A stretch of 64,000 nucleotides of DNA, from assembly GCF_902713615.1 (NCBI RefSeq), contig NC_052154.1:69708096-69772095 (forward strand). Reading direction: 5' to 3'. The translations under genes and the position numbers were made by a program. Source of the DNA: Scyliorhinus canicula (lineage: Eukaryota). This document shows, piece after piece, positions 63,324 through 64,000 of this stretch. The notes beneath the pieces were generated by a model, which saw only the letters and a program-made list of their open reading frames with translations, was not told the DNA's origin and ran no database searches. Positions within the stretch are counted from its first letter, which is position 1, and every line of letters starts with the position of its first letter.

Positions 63324-64000
63324 GGGCGGGATTCTCCGACCCCCGCCGGGTTAGAGAATCGTCGGGGGGGGGGGCGGCGTGAGTTCCGCCCCCGCCGGCT
63401 GCCGAATTCTACAGCATCGGACAATTGGTGGGGGCGAGAATTGCGCCCTGCTGGTCGGCGGCTGCTCACAGTGACCCCACCGGCGATTCTCCTACCCGTG
63501 ATGGGCCGAAGTCCCGCTCGTTCTATGCCGGTCCAGCCGGCGTAAATTGGACTAGGTCCCCTACCGGCGGGACCTGGCGGTGCTTGCGGGCTCCAGTGTC
63601 CTGGGGGGAGGCGCGGGGCGATCTGGCCCCTGGGGGTGCCCCCACGGTGGCCTGGCCCGTGATCAGGGCCCACTGATCCGCGGGCGGGCCTGTGCCGTGA
63701 GGGCACTCTTTTCCTATGCGCCGGCCATATAGGCCTCCGCGATAGGGCGGCGCGAAGGTGAACCACCCCTGCGCATGCACGGGGATGACGTCAGCAGCCA
63801 CTGATGCTCCCGCGCATGCGCAGACCCGCGCCGGCCGGCGGAGTCCCTTCGGTCGGCGAGACGCAAACCACTCCGGCGTCGGCCTAGCCCCTGAAAGCGC
63901 GGAGGATTCCGCACCTTTGGGGTGGCCCGACGCTGGAGTGGTTCACGCCACTCCATCCCGGCGGGACCCCCGCCCTGCTGGGTACGGGAGAATCCAGGCC
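63324..64000. mobile_element. GC-rich Harbinger-type MITE
   Basis: TIR gggcgggattctcc / ggagaatccaggcc at the window end; the right TSD lies outside the window. Confidence 0.88.

Overview
Repeat-rich vertebrate intronic DNA. The SINE/LINE content looks like that of a cartilaginous fish, probably a catshark-like shark (inference). The one host gene is a copine on the minus strand, best matching CPNE2. Six consecutive phase-0 coding exons (62103-61924, 61827-61753, 56171-56100, 47907-47824, 27837-27748, 21114-21016) give 600 bp / 200 aa covering most of C2A and C2B, all with GT-AG sites; the rest of the gene lies outside the window. The introns hold CR1 and L1/Tx1-clade LINE fragments, several tRNA-derived SINE families, LTR-like solo elements, a non-autonomous hAT element and Penelope-like relics, including a 92-bp insert with a minimal hammerhead motif. 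The PIF/Harbinger complement is large: a near full-length decayed 4.3-kb element (HARBI1-type transposase plus a convergent intron-containing Myb/SANT gene), a second transposase relic, further Myb relics and about ten GC-rich MITEs with 3-bp TSDs, several carrying a central hairpin made of CRE and NRF1-type motifs. Most short ORFs in the track are spurious readings of these repeats. There is a ~1.8-kb tandem duplication at the left edge and a 154-N gap.
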